A stretch of 64,000 nucleotides of DNA from Acidobacteriota bacterium. GTDB taxonomy: Bacteria > Acidobacteriota > UBA6911 > RPQK01 > JAPXNP01. The number at the start of each line of letters is the position of its first letter. Position 1 is the first letter of the stretch. The translations under genes and the position numbers were made by a program. Below the pieces are notes generated by a model. It had not been told where the DNA came from, did no database searches, and saw only the letters and a list, made by a program, of their open reading frames with translations. This document shows, piece after piece, positions 1 to 10,315 of the stretch. The stretch is taken from assembly GCA_037388505.1 (NCBI GenBank), contig JARRKC010000013.1, forward strand, positions 9,999-73,998, written 5' to 3'.

Positions 1-291
1 CACAGACAGAAAGGTACGTCGCTGAACGGACAGAGCCTCTTCTTCCGCGTTTCCGTGTGCCATGGACCCATAGTCAGCGACTGCACCCGAATTGTAAAGA
101 CTTGCGGTCCTCGGGACCTCCAGCTGGAATCGTTCCCGGAAGACGGAGGATGCCGGGGAGGGTCCACACCAACTGGAAAGCACGTTGCCCCCGGTTTCCC
201 CGGGGGAGTATGATCGGGGTATCGGCCCACCAGCGTCGTGGGCTCCAACCGTTTCAAGATTTGCTCACCAGAAGAAAGGAGGCTTCCAACT

Positions 292-1794
292 ATGGACCTC
301 ACTATCGAGAGTGCAGTCGCTCCGTCCGTACGTGAATTTGTTTTGGGAAAACGGCGGATGCTGATCAACGGCCAATGGGTCGATGCAGCATCGTCGAAGA
401 CTTTCGAGGTTTACGATCCGTCCACCGGCGAAGTTCTGGCTCATGTAGCCGAAGGCGACAGGGAGGATATCGATAAGGCAGTGCGTGCCGCTCGGCTCGC
501 TTTCGAAAGAGGACCCTGGTCGAAGCTCAGAGCGTCGGACCGCGGGCGCTTGATCTGGAAACTGGCCGATCTGATCGAGGAACATCTCGAGGAATTTGCC
601 GAACTGGAGTCGCTCGACAATGGCAAACCTTTGACGGTGGCTCGAGTTGCCGACGTGCCGCTGGCCGCCGACCTGTTCCGCTATATGGCAGGCTGGACCA
701 CGAAGATCGAAGGCAACACGATTCCCGTCTCGGTGGCTTACGCACCCGAAAGCCAGTTTCATTCCTTCACGATGAGAGAACCCGTGGGCGTCGTCGGCCA
801 GATCATTCCCTGGAACTTTCCCCTCCTGATGGCCTCCTGGAAACTCGGACCTGCTCTGGCAGCGGGTTGTACCGTCGTGCTGAAGCCCGCGGAGCAGACT
901 CCACTGTCGGCCTTGAGGCTGGGAGAACTGATTTGCGAAGCCGGCTTCCCGGACGGCGTCGTCAACATCGTCCCCGGTTTCGGGGAGACCGCCGGAGCCG
1001 CTCTGGCTGCTCATCCCGGTGTCGACAAGGTGGCCTTCACGGGATCGACGGAGGTTGGTAGATTGATCGTCCGCGCCGCCTCCAACGACTTGAAGAAAGT
1101 GACCCTCGAGTTGGGCGGAAAGTCCCCCAACGTCGTCTTCGACGATGCCGACCTGGAGGCAGCCATCGCCGGAGCAGCCAACGCCATCTTCTTCAACCAT
1201 GGACAGTGCTGCTGCGCCGGCAGCCGCCTGTATGCCGAACAGAGCATCTTCGACCAGGTCGTGGATGGTGTCTCCAAGATCGCGAAAAACATGAAGCTCG
1301 GCCGAGGCTTGGATCGCGCCACGCAGATGGGCCCGCTCGTCTCGGAAGAGCAACTCGAGCGGGTGACCGGCTACCTGAAATCCGGTTTCGCCGAAGGAGC
1401 GGAGGCTCTCTGTGGAGGCAAGCGCAAGGGAGACAAAGGCTACTTCGTGGAGCCGACCGTGCTCGTGAAGACGAAGCCGTCGATGAAGGTGGTCCAGGAA
1501 GAGATCTTCGGCCCGGTCGTGGTCGCTCAACCGTTCAAGGACTTCGAGGCGCTCGTTCCCGCGGCCAACGATACGGTTTACGGACTGGCGGCCGGCATCT
1601 GGACCCGGGATATCAGCAAGGCTCACAGGCTGGCTTCGAAGCTCCGGGCGGGAACCGTCTGGATCAACTGCTTCAACATCTTCGACGCTGCCCTGCCTTT
1701 CGGTGGCTACAAACAGTCCGGGTGGGGCCGCGAGATGGGTCATGCCGCGCTCGACAACTATCTGGAAACCAAAGCGGTCTGCATCCAGCTGTGA
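292..1794 (+). CDS. NAD(P)+-dependent aldehyde dehydrogenase (ALDH superfamily; betaine/succinate-semialdehyde-DH-like)
   Basis: Full-length ALDH fold: catalytic Cys in FFNHGQCCCAGSRL, general-base Glu in LELGGKSP, Rossmann GxxxxG. ATG at 292 preceded by AAGGAGG; the ORF-track start at 238 is a GTG upstream extension. Confidence 0.9.
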   Translation: MDLTIESAVAPSVREFVLGKRRMLINGQWVDAASSKTFEVYDPSTGEVLAHVAEGDREDIDKAVRAARLAFERGPWSKLRASDRGRLIWKLADLIEEHLEEFAELESLDNGKPLTVARVADVPLAADLFRYMAGWTTKIEGNTIPVSVAYAPESQFHSFTMREPVGVVGQIIPWNFPLLMASWKLGPALAAGCTVVLKPAEQTPLSALRLGELICEAGFPDGVVNIVPGFGETAGAALAAHPGVDKVAFTGSTEVGRLIVRAASNDLKKVTLELGGKSPNVVFDDADLEAAIAGAANAIFFNHGQCCCAGSRLYAEQSIFDQVVDGVSKIAKNMKLGRGLDRATQMGPLVSEEQLERVTGYLKSGFAEGAEALCGGKRKGDKGYFVEPTVLVKTKPSMKVVQEEIFGPVVVAQPFKDFEALVPAANDTVYGLAAGIWTRDISKAHRLASKLRAGTVWINCFNIFDAALPFGGYKQSGWGREMGHAALDNYLETKAVCIQL

Positions 1795-1875
1795 TCCGCC
1801 CTTTCTAGACAGACGCCAAAGGCGGCACGACTGTAGGCGCGATTCATTTCCCGGGATCGAACGGGGACGGGAGAA

Positions 1876-1923
1876 CCGGCCACCCGTCCTCCCGGCCACC
1901 CGTCCTCCCGGCCACCCGTTCTC
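1876..1923. repeat. 16-bp perfect/near-perfect tandem repeat x3 (CCGGCCACCCGTCCTC) in ALDH-GH intergenic region
   Basis: Seen directly: units at 1876-1891, 1892-1907, 1908-1923 (third unit CCGGCCACCCGTTCTC). Confidence 0.8.
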
Positions 1924-2050
1924 ACGTGCCAGTGGTGTCTGGCTTTGGGCGGCTGTCCGAAGCTCTCGGATGCGACTACGTCGTTGGCGTCTCACTCCCC
2001 GGCGAGCGGAACGTTTGACCTTTCCCGGGGCATCGCCGAGAATCCCCTTC

Positions 2051-3910
2051 ATGAAGAAGCTCTTCTGCGCCCTTGTTCTCACTACGGCGGCGACCTTCAG
2101 TTCGGCGTGGGCCGAAGTTCACGTCTGGGAAAAGGTCGAACTCACATTCGAAGCCAGGAACCCCTATGCGAACCCCTACACCGACGTCCAGGTCTGGGTG
2201 GACCTGAAGGGGCCCCGGTTCGACAAGCGTTGCTACGGGTTCTGGGACGGGGGAAACGTGTTCCGGGTGCGGGTCATGGCCACCCAGCCCGGCGAATGGA
2301 CCTGGCGCAGCGGGTCGAATCAAACCGATGCAGGCCTGAACGATCAAGAGGGAAGCTTCACGGCCATCGAATGGTCGGAGGCCGACAAGGCCGCCCTGCC
2401 GATCCGCCGCGGTCTGATCAAACCTTCGCCGGGCGGCCATGCGTTCGAATACGCCGACGGCACACCGTTCCTGCTTCTCGGCGATACCTGGTACGCAGCA
2501 TCAACGTCCCGCTTCCCCTGGCGGGACGACGACCAAGAGCACCCGATCGGTCCCCAGGCCGGCTTCCAAGACTATGTTCGTCTCCGAAAGAGTCAGGGAT
2601 TCAACAGCGTCGCCATCATCGCCGCATTTCCAAACTGGGCGAGCGATGGTCAACCCTGGGAGATCTGGATCGACCGCAATGACGGTCAGGGTCTGGGCGT
2701 CCGCTCGGCTTGGGTGCGTCAGGGAGACATTACCAATCAAGTCCCGAGAGACCAGTGGCAGGCCAAGGATATGTCCAACGAAGGCGGTCGAGCCTTCCTT
2801 TTTCCGGGTAAGGTGCCCGGCTACGAACAGATTTTCCCGGACGTCGACCGGATCAACCCGGAGTACTTCCAGTACCTGGACCGAAAGATCGACTACCTGA
2901 ATGCGCAGGGTTTCATCCCGTTCATCGAAGTGGCGCGCCGCGATATCACGGCTTGCTGGGCGAAATACTACGACTGGCCCGAGTCGTACAGCCGCTATAT
3001 CGAATATGTCTGGAGCCGCTATCAGGCCAACAACTGCCTCTTCAGCCCTGTTCACTATGACTATCCGGTGATGACCGCCACCGCGGCGAAGCTCAACCAG
3101 GCGGCCAACCGGGTCATTGCCGAGTATGGCCCGCCTCCGTTCGGCACTTTGGTCTCCTGCAATTCATCGATTTCAAGCCTCGTGGACTTCGGCGGCCCGG
3201 ACCAAAACAAGTGGCTCACGTTTCACCAGATCGGCAACGGCCGTGAACATGACTACTACTGGTATCTGACCGAGATCTATCAGTCGGAGCCGGCTCGTCC
3301 GGCCCTGAACGGCGAGCCCTACTATTCGGGCATGACCGACCGGCGCTATACGCCCACCTACCGCTTTGGAGCGCCGGGAGGAACCGAGGCGGACGACCGC
3401 GATGTCCGGTCGGGAATCTACGGCAGCTTTCTCTCAGGAGGCTTCGCCGGTCACATCTACGGCGCCGAAGGAATCTGGGGCGCCGACGTCGAACCGGGAT
3501 CCAGCCCCCCCATGTGGGAAGCGTTCTTGTGGAATTCGGCGAACCAGATGCAATATCTGAAGACGTTCGCCTTCTCCGAAGGGCGCCGTTACCAGGACCT
3601 CGTACCGGACGCGAATCTGATCTCACCCAACTCGACCTCCCTGACCAAGGGCTTCGCCGGCTGGGCGTACTGTGCCCGAACGCCGGAGCAGGATTTCTTC
3701 CTCGCCTACTTCGAAAAGGGATGTCCGACTTCCAACGTGATCCGGGGAGCCGTCCCGAACCGGTCGTACAAAGCCGAGTGGTTCGACCCGCGTACCGGTC
3801 AGTGGTCGAGGGCGGGAGACGGGCACATCGAGGCCAACATTTGGGGCCGGATCATGCTACCCGAGTTCCCCTCCGACGACGACTGGGGCCTGAAACTGAC
3901 GCTCGAGTGA
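2051..3910 (+). CDS. Secreted glycoside hydrolase, DUF5060 + DUF4038 architecture (GH140-like)
   Basis: Signal peptide MKKLFCALVLTTAATFSSAWA; N-terminal beta-sandwich then TIM-barrel-like region. Family call from memory of the DUF5060/DUF4038 pattern. The ORF-track ORF 1703-3910 is an upstream extension; ATG at 2051. Confidence 0.55.
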   Translation: MKKLFCALVLTTAATFSSAWAEVHVWEKVELTFEARNPYANPYTDVQVWVDLKGPRFDKRCYGFWDGGNVFRVRVMATQPGEWTWRSGSNQTDAGLNDQEGSFTAIEWSEADKAALPIRRGLIKPSPGGHAFEYADGTPFLLLGDTWYAASTSRFPWRDDDQEHPIGPQAGFQDYVRLRKSQGFNSVAIIAAFPNWASDGQPWEIWIDRNDGQGLGVRSAWVRQGDITNQVPRDQWQAKDMSNEGGRAFLFPGKVPGYEQIFPDVDRINPEYFQYLDRKIDYLNAQGFIPFIEVARRDITACWAKYYDWPESYSRYIEYVWSRYQANNCLFSPVHYDYPVMTATAAKLNQAANRVIAEYGPPPFGTLVSCNSSISSLVDFGGPDQNKWLTFHQIGNGREHDYYWYLTEIYQSEPARPALNGEPYYSGMTDRRYTPTYRFGAPGGTEADDRDVRSGIYGSFLSGGFAGHIYGAEGIWGADVEPGSSPPMWEAFLWNSANQMQYLKTFAFSEGRRYQDLVPDANLISPNSTSLTKGFAGWAYCARTPEQDFFLAYFEKGCPTSNVIRGAVPNRSYKAEWFDPRTGQWSRAGDGHIEANIWGRIMLPEFPSDDDWGLKLTLE

Positions 3911-3960
3911 GACGCCCCCCGAAACGTCCAACCTCACGCACTGCGGTCGTCTGCATCCCC

Positions 3961-4644
3961 TCATTGAGGAGGCTCAGGTGGTCCGGCGTCCTCAGGGCGA
4001 CGGCTTTTCGGATTCGTTTCGGCGAGTGCTGTGCGGATCCTGGCATAGGCATCCCGCAGGGCCTCACGATTGTCGTCCGCGTGAATGTACAGGCCTCCCG
4101 TTCGCTCGGCGAGGGCCTGAAGATTCCCAAGGTTCGAGGGGTACGGAGGGCCCTCGATTCCGACCGCATAGACGCGAACGTGAAAGCGATTCAGAGCATT
4201 GACTGCGGCATCCCGATTGGTCCGACCGCAGTTGTCTTCTCCATCGGTGGCCACGACAATGACTCGTCGCCCGTGACGGTCGGAAAGGAGGTCGGCTGCG
4301 GTCAGCATCAGACAGTCGAACAAGCAGCTCCGTCCGTCAGGCTCCTGTTCGTGCAACGCATCCCGGATGCCCCCGCCAACAACGGAGAAGTCCCTCACCA
4401 GCTGAACATAGTCGTTGAACCGGATGATTGCGAATGCCGCTGAGGAATCTGAAGCGAGCCCTTGAAGGAATCGAGTGGTGGCCTCAGCTCGAATCTCGAA
4501 ACTCGCCGTTCCGCTGAGGCTGTTATCCCAGGCTACGACCACCGAGAGGGGAACTGTCTCCGGAGCGGCTTGAAACCAGGAAAGAAGAAACATGCTCGCG
4601 AGCGAAACGATCACGGCGACTCTCCTGTCTGCAAGATACCGCAT
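3961..4644 (-). CDS. Secreted von Willebrand factor type A (VWA) domain protein
   Basis: Signal peptide; MIDAS-like motifs VVVAWDNSLS ... VIVVATDGEDN. Confidence 0.65.
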   Translation of the reverse strand: MRYLADRRVAVIVSLASMFLLSWFQAAPETVPLSVVVAWDNSLSGTASFEIRAEATTRFLQGLASDSSAAFAIIRFNDYVQLVRDFSVVGGGIRDALHEQEPDGRSCLFDCLMLTAADLLSDRHGRRVIVVATDGEDNCGRTNRDAAVNALNRFHVRVYAVGIEGPPYPSNLGNLQALAERTGGLYIHADDNREALRDAYARIRTALAETNPKSRRPEDAGPPEPPQ

Positions 4645-4833
4645 CCTGTATTGGTTAACAATCGAACGTCTGTAGCACGCAGATGGGTGAGACTAAGATT
4701 CCTGGATGGAAGGTCAGGGTCAGACCGGAGCTCGGAATCTCGTCCATGGGAAGAGAACGAGCTGGAAGCACGTCCACTCTCGGAACCCGGGACTCGGAAC
4801 TCGGAACCTGCCTCCGGGCTCCGGAATTCAGCT

Positions 4834-4998
4834 TCAAGGAGTCGCAACGCAGGCTCTGAGCAGGAAAATCACGAAGAGCACGAGGAAGATGAAGAAAAGA
4901 ACCTTAGCGATCATGACGGAGGCGGCCGCCGCTCCGCGGAATCCGAAAAATGAGGCAATAATGGCGATGATCAGAAAGATGAACGCCCAGATGAGCAT
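4834..4998 (-). CDS. UPF0391/DUF1328 small membrane protein (54 aa)
   Basis: Absent from the ORF track (below 60 aa). Hand-translated minus strand: [59 protein letters not shown] 7 nt upstream of the ATG. Matches the UPF0391 pattern (MLxWALIFL...GFGGIAG...IAKILFFIFL). Confidence 0.55.
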   Translation of the reverse strand: MLIWAFIFLIIAIIASFFGFRGAAAASVMIAKVLFFIFLVLFVIFLLRACVATP

Positions 4999-5216
4999 GC
5001 GACTCCTCCTTCAGGCAAGTACAACTGCATCTGATTCTCACCCACCGCCGTTCAAAAGTCGAGTACTTCGCTTCAAGAGGAACGACCACAGTTGAGGCTG
5101 GCCGCGCGCGTTCCTATACTCTTAATTAGCAGACAAATAGTGTCTCCCGACGCTCAGCTCGGCTTTCGACCCTTCGAGGGCGCGTTGCGGTTGAGACAAG
5201 CTGCAAGGAGCCAGCC

Positions 5217-6983
5217 ATGCCTATCGATGCTGTCCGGCAAGAAGAGCAGATTCGAATGGCGGAAGAGCTTTTCTTCTCAGGCGAGAAACTGCCCAGCTTC
5301 GCCCGGGCGCTCTTTTTCGGAGTGTGCGACTCACACCGTGTGTTTCCTTTTCCGCAGGTTGACCCGAGCGAACGGGCCCGCGTCGAGGAGGTGGTCACGA
5401 AACTCCGCAGTTTCTGTGACGAGCATCTGGACCCGGATTGGATCGACCGCCACGCCACCATTCCGAAGGAAGTCATCCAGGGTCTCGGTCGACTCGGTGT
5501 CCTCGGCTGCACCATTCCGACGGAGTACGACGGGCTCGGCTTGACGCAGTACGGCTACTGCCGCCTGGTGGAAGAGCTCGCGAGCCGATGCGGCTCAACG
5601 GCGCTCTTTGTCAATGCTCACCAGAGCATCGGCTTGAAGGCCCTTCTGCTGTATGGCACACCTCAGCAGAAGGACCGTTTCCTGCGTCCCCTTGCCCGGG
5701 GTGAGATGCTGGCAGCCTTTGCCTTGACCGAGCCCAACGCCGGCAGTGACGCAGCCGGGATCGAGACGACGGCCGAATTCGACCCCGACCATCGTGTTTA
5801 TCACATCAACGGTGCGAAACAGTGGATTACCAACGGCGGAATTGCGGGGATGCTCACGGTCATGGCCAAGGTCCAGATGGAAGGCCAGCAGCGCATCACC
5901 GCCTTCATCGTGACGCCCGACATGCCGGGTTTCAAGGTCGTGGATCCGGCTCTCGAGAAGGTGGGCATGCGGGGGACTCAGACCGCAAAGCTGGCCTTCG
6001 AGGATCTCGAAGTCCCGCCGGAGAATATCCTGGGTGAGCCCGGCCAGGGTCTGAAGATCGCCTTGACCTGTCTGGATTTCGGCAGAACGACCTTCGGTGC
6101 GGCCTGCACCGGCACTGCCCGTCAACTCTACCGCCTGGCCGTCGATCATGCCGTCCACCGCCGCCAGTTTCAGCGCCCTTTGGCTTCCTTTGGGCTCGTG
6201 AAAGAAATGATCGCTCGAATGGGGGCCCTTCTCTACGCCATGGAATCGGGGACCTACCTGACCGCCGGACTGTTGGACCGGGGCGAAGAAGATTTCATGC
6301 TGGAAACGGCCATGCTCAAGGTTTTTGCTTCCGAGGCGCTGTGGCAGATCGTCTACGACGCCATGCAGATCCTCGGAGGACGTTCCCTGTTCTGCGACCG
6401 GCCTTACGAGAGGATCATGAGGGACACCCGGCTGAATATGATCGGAGAAGGCTCCAATGAGGTGCTGCGAGCATTCATCGGAGCCGGCGGAATTCGGGAC
6501 GTCGGTATGCAGCTCAAAGAGGTGGTCGAAGCCACCCGTCATCCTTTGGCTCGACTCGGAAAGATCCTTGGATTCGGAAGAACGAGCATCCATCGCATCG
6601 TCACCTCGCCGACCATCCCGGTGCGCTCGGAACAGCTGCAAAAAGAAGCCGGCCAATTGGCTTCAAGAATCCGGCGCCTGGGACTCGCCGTCCCCAGGCT
6701 GCTTGCCCGCCACAAAGAAGAGATCATCGAACGCCAAATGATCCTCGACCGCCTGGCGGATGCGGGCATGTCAATGTACATGACGGCCGCCGTCTTGAGC
6801 CGGCTCGACACGGATCTGGAAAAGGATCCACGGCACACCACGCAGATCGGGGAAGAAATCGCCCTGGGAAAGCTCTATTGCACCCTGGCGTTTCAGAATA
6901 TGGATCGAGCCATGGACGGTTTCTTCGATAACGATGACGACCAGGTCGAACAGGTGTCCGACCGTATCACGGGCTGGAAATAG
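5217..6983 (+). CDS. Acyl-CoA dehydrogenase, long form (ACAD9/VLCAD-like, AtuD/LiuA-like)
   Basis: 588 aa; ACAD N-terminal, middle and C-terminal domains (…AFALTEPNAGSDAAG…, …GGRSLFCDRPYERIMRDTRLNMIGEGSNEVLR…). AAGGAG RBS. Confidence 0.85.
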   Translation: MPIDAVRQEEQIRMAEELFFSGEKLPSFARALFFGVCDSHRVFPFPQVDPSERARVEEVVTKLRSFCDEHLDPDWIDRHATIPKEVIQGLGRLGVLGCTIPTEYDGLGLTQYGYCRLVEELASRCGSTALFVNAHQSIGLKALLLYGTPQQKDRFLRPLARGEMLAAFALTEPNAGSDAAGIETTAEFDPDHRVYHINGAKQWITNGGIAGMLTVMAKVQMEGQQRITAFIVTPDMPGFKVVDPALEKVGMRGTQTAKLAFEDLEVPPENILGEPGQGLKIALTCLDFGRTTFGAACTGTARQLYRLAVDHAVHRRQFQRPLASFGLVKEMIARMGALLYAMESGTYLTAGLLDRGEEDFMLETAMLKVFASEALWQIVYDAMQILGGRSLFCDRPYERIMRDTRLNMIGEGSNEVLRAFIGAGGIRDVGMQLKEVVEATRHPLARLGKILGFGRTSIHRIVTSPTIPVRSEQLQKEAGQLASRIRRLGLAVPRLLARHKEEIIERQMILDRLADAGMSMYMTAAVLSRLDTDLEKDPRHTTQIGEEIALGKLYCTLAFQNMDRAMDGFFDNDDDQVEQVSDRITGWK

Positions 6984-6987
6984 CGGA

Positions 6988-8592
6988 ATGACCGAGGATG
7001 TACGCAGTCTCCGGCGGCTGAGGGACACGATTCTGGAAGAGGAGGCCCGCCTGCGGGAGGGTGGGGGGGAAAGAGGCCGGAAGCGACAGCGCAGGCTGGG
7101 CCGTCTGCCGGTACGGGAGCGACTCGCCAAGCTTCTCGATCCGACGCCGCCGTTCCTCGAAATCGGCCTGTGGGCGGCTCACGAGATGTATCCGGAGGTC
7201 GGATCCGTGCCGGCGGCCGGGTTGATCACCGGAATCGGTGATATCTGCGGCCGGCCCTGCATGGTGGTCGCCAATGACGCCACCGTGAAGGCCGGCGCTT
7301 TCTTCCCCCAGACCGTCAAGAAGCTCCTGCGTGCGCAGCGGATCGCTTTCGAATGTAACCTTCCGCTGATTTATCTGGTCGACTCGGCGGGAGTCTACCT
7401 GCCGATGCAGGACGAGATCTTCCCGGACGAGGACGATTTCGGTCGGATCTTTCGGAACAATGCCGTCCTGTCGGCTGCGGGCGTACCCCAGTACGCGGCC
7501 ATCATGGGAAACTGCATTGCCGGCGGTGCCTACCTTCCGGTGCTGTGCGACAAGATTCTGATGACGGAAGGCAGCGGGCTTTACCTGGCCGGCCCGGCGC
7601 TGGTCAAGGCCGCGATCGGACAGGACGTGGACACCGAAGAGCTGGGAGGAGCCGCGCTGCACGCCCAGGTCAGCGGTACCGTTGATTTCCGGGAGAAGGA
7701 CGATGAATCCTGTTTGTCCCGGCTGCGCTCACTGGTCGACCTTCTGCCCGCCCCGAACGATTCTCCAGCCGGTGAAACGCCGCCCGCGAAGGACGGGAAC
7801 CGTCTCTATGAGTTGATCGATGGCGGTACCGACGGAGGCTACGATGTACACGACCTGCTGGAGTGCATCGTCGATTCCGGCTCCTTCCAGGAATCGAAGC
7901 AGGAGTACGGTCAGACCGTCGTTACGGGCTATGCCCGTCTGGGCGGATATTCGGTGGGGATCGTGGCCAACCAGCGCATTCGGCGTCAGTCCCGCTCTGA
8001 GGGCATCCAGATCGGCGGCGTCATCTACACTGATAGCGCGGACAAGGCGGCACGCTTCGTTCTGGAATGCAACCAGTCTCAACTGCCCTTGCTGTTCTTT
8101 CAAGATGTCATGGGGTTCATGGTTGGAAAGCGTGCCGAGGAATCCGGAATCATCCGCAGCGGCGCCAAACTCGTCAATGCCATCAGCAACTCGACGGTGC
8201 CCAAGGTCACTGTCATCGTGGGGGGCTCCTTTGGAGCCGGCAACTATGCCATGTGCGGAAAGGCATACGACCCGGCCTTCATCTTCGCGTGGCCCACGGC
8301 TCAATACGCAGTCATGGGACCGGGGCAGGCATCGGAAGTCCTCCTGACCATTCAACAGAAGGCCGCCGAGAGAAGCGGACATCCTCTGGAGCCGGAGGAA
8401 CTCGAAGAACTGCGCGAGCGCGTCGCCTCCAACTATGAATCTCAGGCGGACATCCGCTACGGAGCGGCCCGCGGCTGGGTCGACGCGATCCTGCCTCCCG
8501 AAGCAACGCGTGGCGTCCTGCGCCGCACTCTCCGGCTGGTGAGCCGGGAACGTCCGAAAGGCCGGTTCCACACCGGCGTCATACAGGTGTAG
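6988..8592 (+). CDS. Acyl-CoA carboxylase carboxyltransferase (beta) subunit, methylcrotonyl-/geranyl-CoA carboxylase type (MccB/AtuC-like)
   Basis: Typical N-terminus (…RGRKRQRRLGRLPVRERLAKLLDP…) and tandem crotonase-fold CT domains. ATG at 6988, 4 nt after the ACAD stop, suggesting an operon. Confidence 0.85.
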   Translation: MTEDVRSLRRLRDTILEEEARLREGGGERGRKRQRRLGRLPVRERLAKLLDPTPPFLEIGLWAAHEMYPEVGSVPAAGLITGIGDICGRPCMVVANDATVKAGAFFPQTVKKLLRAQRIAFECNLPLIYLVDSAGVYLPMQDEIFPDEDDFGRIFRNNAVLSAAGVPQYAAIMGNCIAGGAYLPVLCDKILMTEGSGLYLAGPALVKAAIGQDVDTEELGGAALHAQVSGTVDFREKDDESCLSRLRSLVDLLPAPNDSPAGETPPAKDGNRLYELIDGGTDGGYDVHDLLECIVDSGSFQESKQEYGQTVVTGYARLGGYSVGIVANQRIRRQSRSEGIQIGGVIYTDSADKAARFVLECNQSQLPLLFFQDVMGFMVGKRAEESGIIRSGAKLVNAISNSTVPKVTVIVGGSFGAGNYAMCGKAYDPAFIFAWPTAQYAVMGPGQASEVLLTIQQKAAERSGHPLEPEELEELRERVASNYESQADIRYGAARGWVDAILPPEATRGVLRRTLRLVSRERPKGRFHTGVIQV

Positions 8593-8594
8593 GG

Positions 8595-9959
8595 ATGACG
8601 TTGAAGATCGGCAATGCACAAGGATTCTGGGGCGACGATCCCGACGCGCCGGCGCGTCTCGTAAGTCAGCAGAGCGACCTCGATTACGTCACGATGGACT
8701 ACCTGGCCGAAGTCTCGCTGTCGATCATGGCGGCACAGCGGGAACGGAAGCCTGAGCTCGGCTACCCGCGCGACTGCGTGGAGGCGATCCGCTCATTGGC
8801 CCCTTTCTGGAGGACCGGTCGCCGCATCCGCGTGGTGACCAACGGAGGCGGGCTCAACCCCCGGGGTTGCGCTGAAGCGTGTGCCGCGGCCTTGCGCAAG
8901 GACGGCTGCAAAGGGCTGAGAATCGGGATCGTCTCCGGCGATGACATTCTCGAGAGGATGCGCCGCCTGATCCGGGAGGGCTCGTCCGTCGATCTGATGC
9001 GCAACCTGGAGACGGGAGAAGGCATCGATCGGATCTCGGAACGTCTGGTCACGGCCAACGCCTACCTTGGGGTCGACGGAATCGTGCGGGCCCTCGAATC
9101 CGGCGCCGATATCGTTCTCACGGGAAGGGTCACGGACTCCAGCCTCGTTTGTGCTCCCTGTGTGCATCACTACGGCTGGAAGACGACGGAATACGACAAG
9201 CTGGCCGGAGGTCTGGTGGCGGCCCATGTAATCGAGTGCGGCATCCAAGTCTCCGGGGGAATCTCGACCGACTGGCTGGAGGTCCCCTCGCCTGCCGATA
9301 TGGGATTCCCCTTCGTGGAGGTGGAGCAGGACGGCACTTTCGTGGTGACGAAGCCTGACGGTACCGGAGGCTGTGTCACCGAACAGACGGTCAAAGAACA
9401 GCTCCTGTATGAGATCGGGGACCCCGAGCGATACCTGACTCCCGAAGCGACCGTCTCCTTCCGTGACATCGAGGTTCGGCAGGAAGGAACCGACCGCGTT
9501 CGGCTCTGGGGATTCCGAGGATCGGCGCCTCCTTCGACCTACAAAGTCAGCGCCAGTTACCGGGATGGCTTCTGGGCGCAGGGGACCCTGACGATCTTTG
9601 GCCGAGACGCCCTGGAAAAGGCCGAGCGCTGCGGTCGAATCGTGCAGGAACGGGTTCGCCGTGCCGGCTATGACCTGGAGGGCTTCGAGGTCGAATCGTT
9701 GGGAAGCGGCGCCTGCGCACCGGGCGTTCTGCCGGCGACCGAGTTGCTCGAAACCGTGCTTCGCATAGCGGTTCGCGATTCGCGTGAGGAGGCAGTGGAG
9801 CGATTCTGCCGGGAACTGACTCCCCTGGTCACCTCAGGGCCCCAGGGCCTCACCGGCTTTTCCGCCGGGCGCCCGCGACCGAGCCCGGTCTTCGGCTACT
9901 GGCCGTGTCTGATCCCGCGGGACATGGTGTCGGTAGATGTCGAGATCCTGGAGGTCTGA
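8595..9959 (+). CDS. atuA: AtuA-family protein (DUF1446, acyclic terpene utilisation)
   Basis: N-terminus MTLKIGNAQGFWGDDPDAP matches the DUF1446 start pattern. Translationally coupled to the neighbouring genes. Confidence 0.7.
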   Translation: MTLKIGNAQGFWGDDPDAPARLVSQQSDLDYVTMDYLAEVSLSIMAAQRERKPELGYPRDCVEAIRSLAPFWRTGRRIRVVTNGGGLNPRGCAEACAAALRKDGCKGLRIGIVSGDDILERMRRLIREGSSVDLMRNLETGEGIDRISERLVTANAYLGVDGIVRALESGADIVLTGRVTDSSLVCAPCVHHYGWKTTEYDKLAGGLVAAHVIECGIQVSGGISTDWLEVPSPADMGFPFVEVEQDGTFVVTKPDGTGGCVTEQTVKEQLLYEIGDPERYLTPEATVSFRDIEVRQEGTDRVRLWGFRGSAPPSTYKVSASYRDGFWAQGTLTIFGRDALEKAERCGRIVQERVRRAGYDLEGFEVESLGSGACAPGVLPATELLETVLRIAVRDSREEAVERFCRELTPLVTSGPQGLTGFSAGRPRPSPVFGYWPCLIPRDMVSVDVEILEV

Positions 9960-9960
9960 G

Positions 9961-10269
9961 ATGCGTCTTGGAGAGATTGCTTACGCACGCAGTGGTGACA
10001 AGGGTTCCGCGGCGACCCTCGCGATCTTCGCTCGCCGTCCCGAGGACTTTGGCCGGCTCGAGAGGGTCGTGACGGCCGAGAGGGTGCAGCGCTTCTTCGA
10101 ACCCATGGGATGCGGGCCCGTTCGCCGCTTCTCTCTGCCGAAGCTGCAAGCCCTCAACTTCATCCTCCCCGAGGTTCTGGCCGGCGGCGGCAGCCGCTCC
10201 CTGCGTGTCGATGCCCAGGGCAAAGCCATCGGCCAGGTAGCCCTCGAGATGGAGGTCGGTGATTTGTGA
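9961..10269 (+). CDS. DUF4387 (AtuA-associated C-terminal ferredoxin-like domain protein)
   Basis: 102 aa; ATG 1 nt after the AtuA stop. Has the YARSGDKG motif typical of the small protein encoded next to DUF1446. Confidence 0.55.
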   Translation: MRLGEIAYARSGDKGSAATLAIFARRPEDFGRLERVVTAERVQRFFEPMGCGPVRRFSLPKLQALNFILPEVLAGGGSRSLRVDAQGKAIGQVALEMEVGDL

Positions 10270-10315
10270 TTCGGCGGAGCTGGGAGCTCGAAGCTGGAAT
10301 AGGGGGGGCACAATC

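Noticed and set aside
265-2082. 605-aa minus-strand ORF overlapping the aldehyde dehydrogenase
   Set aside because: It is antisense to a gene with unambiguous ALDH motifs. The composition is Arg/Gly/Pro-rich, typical of GC-rich shadow frames.
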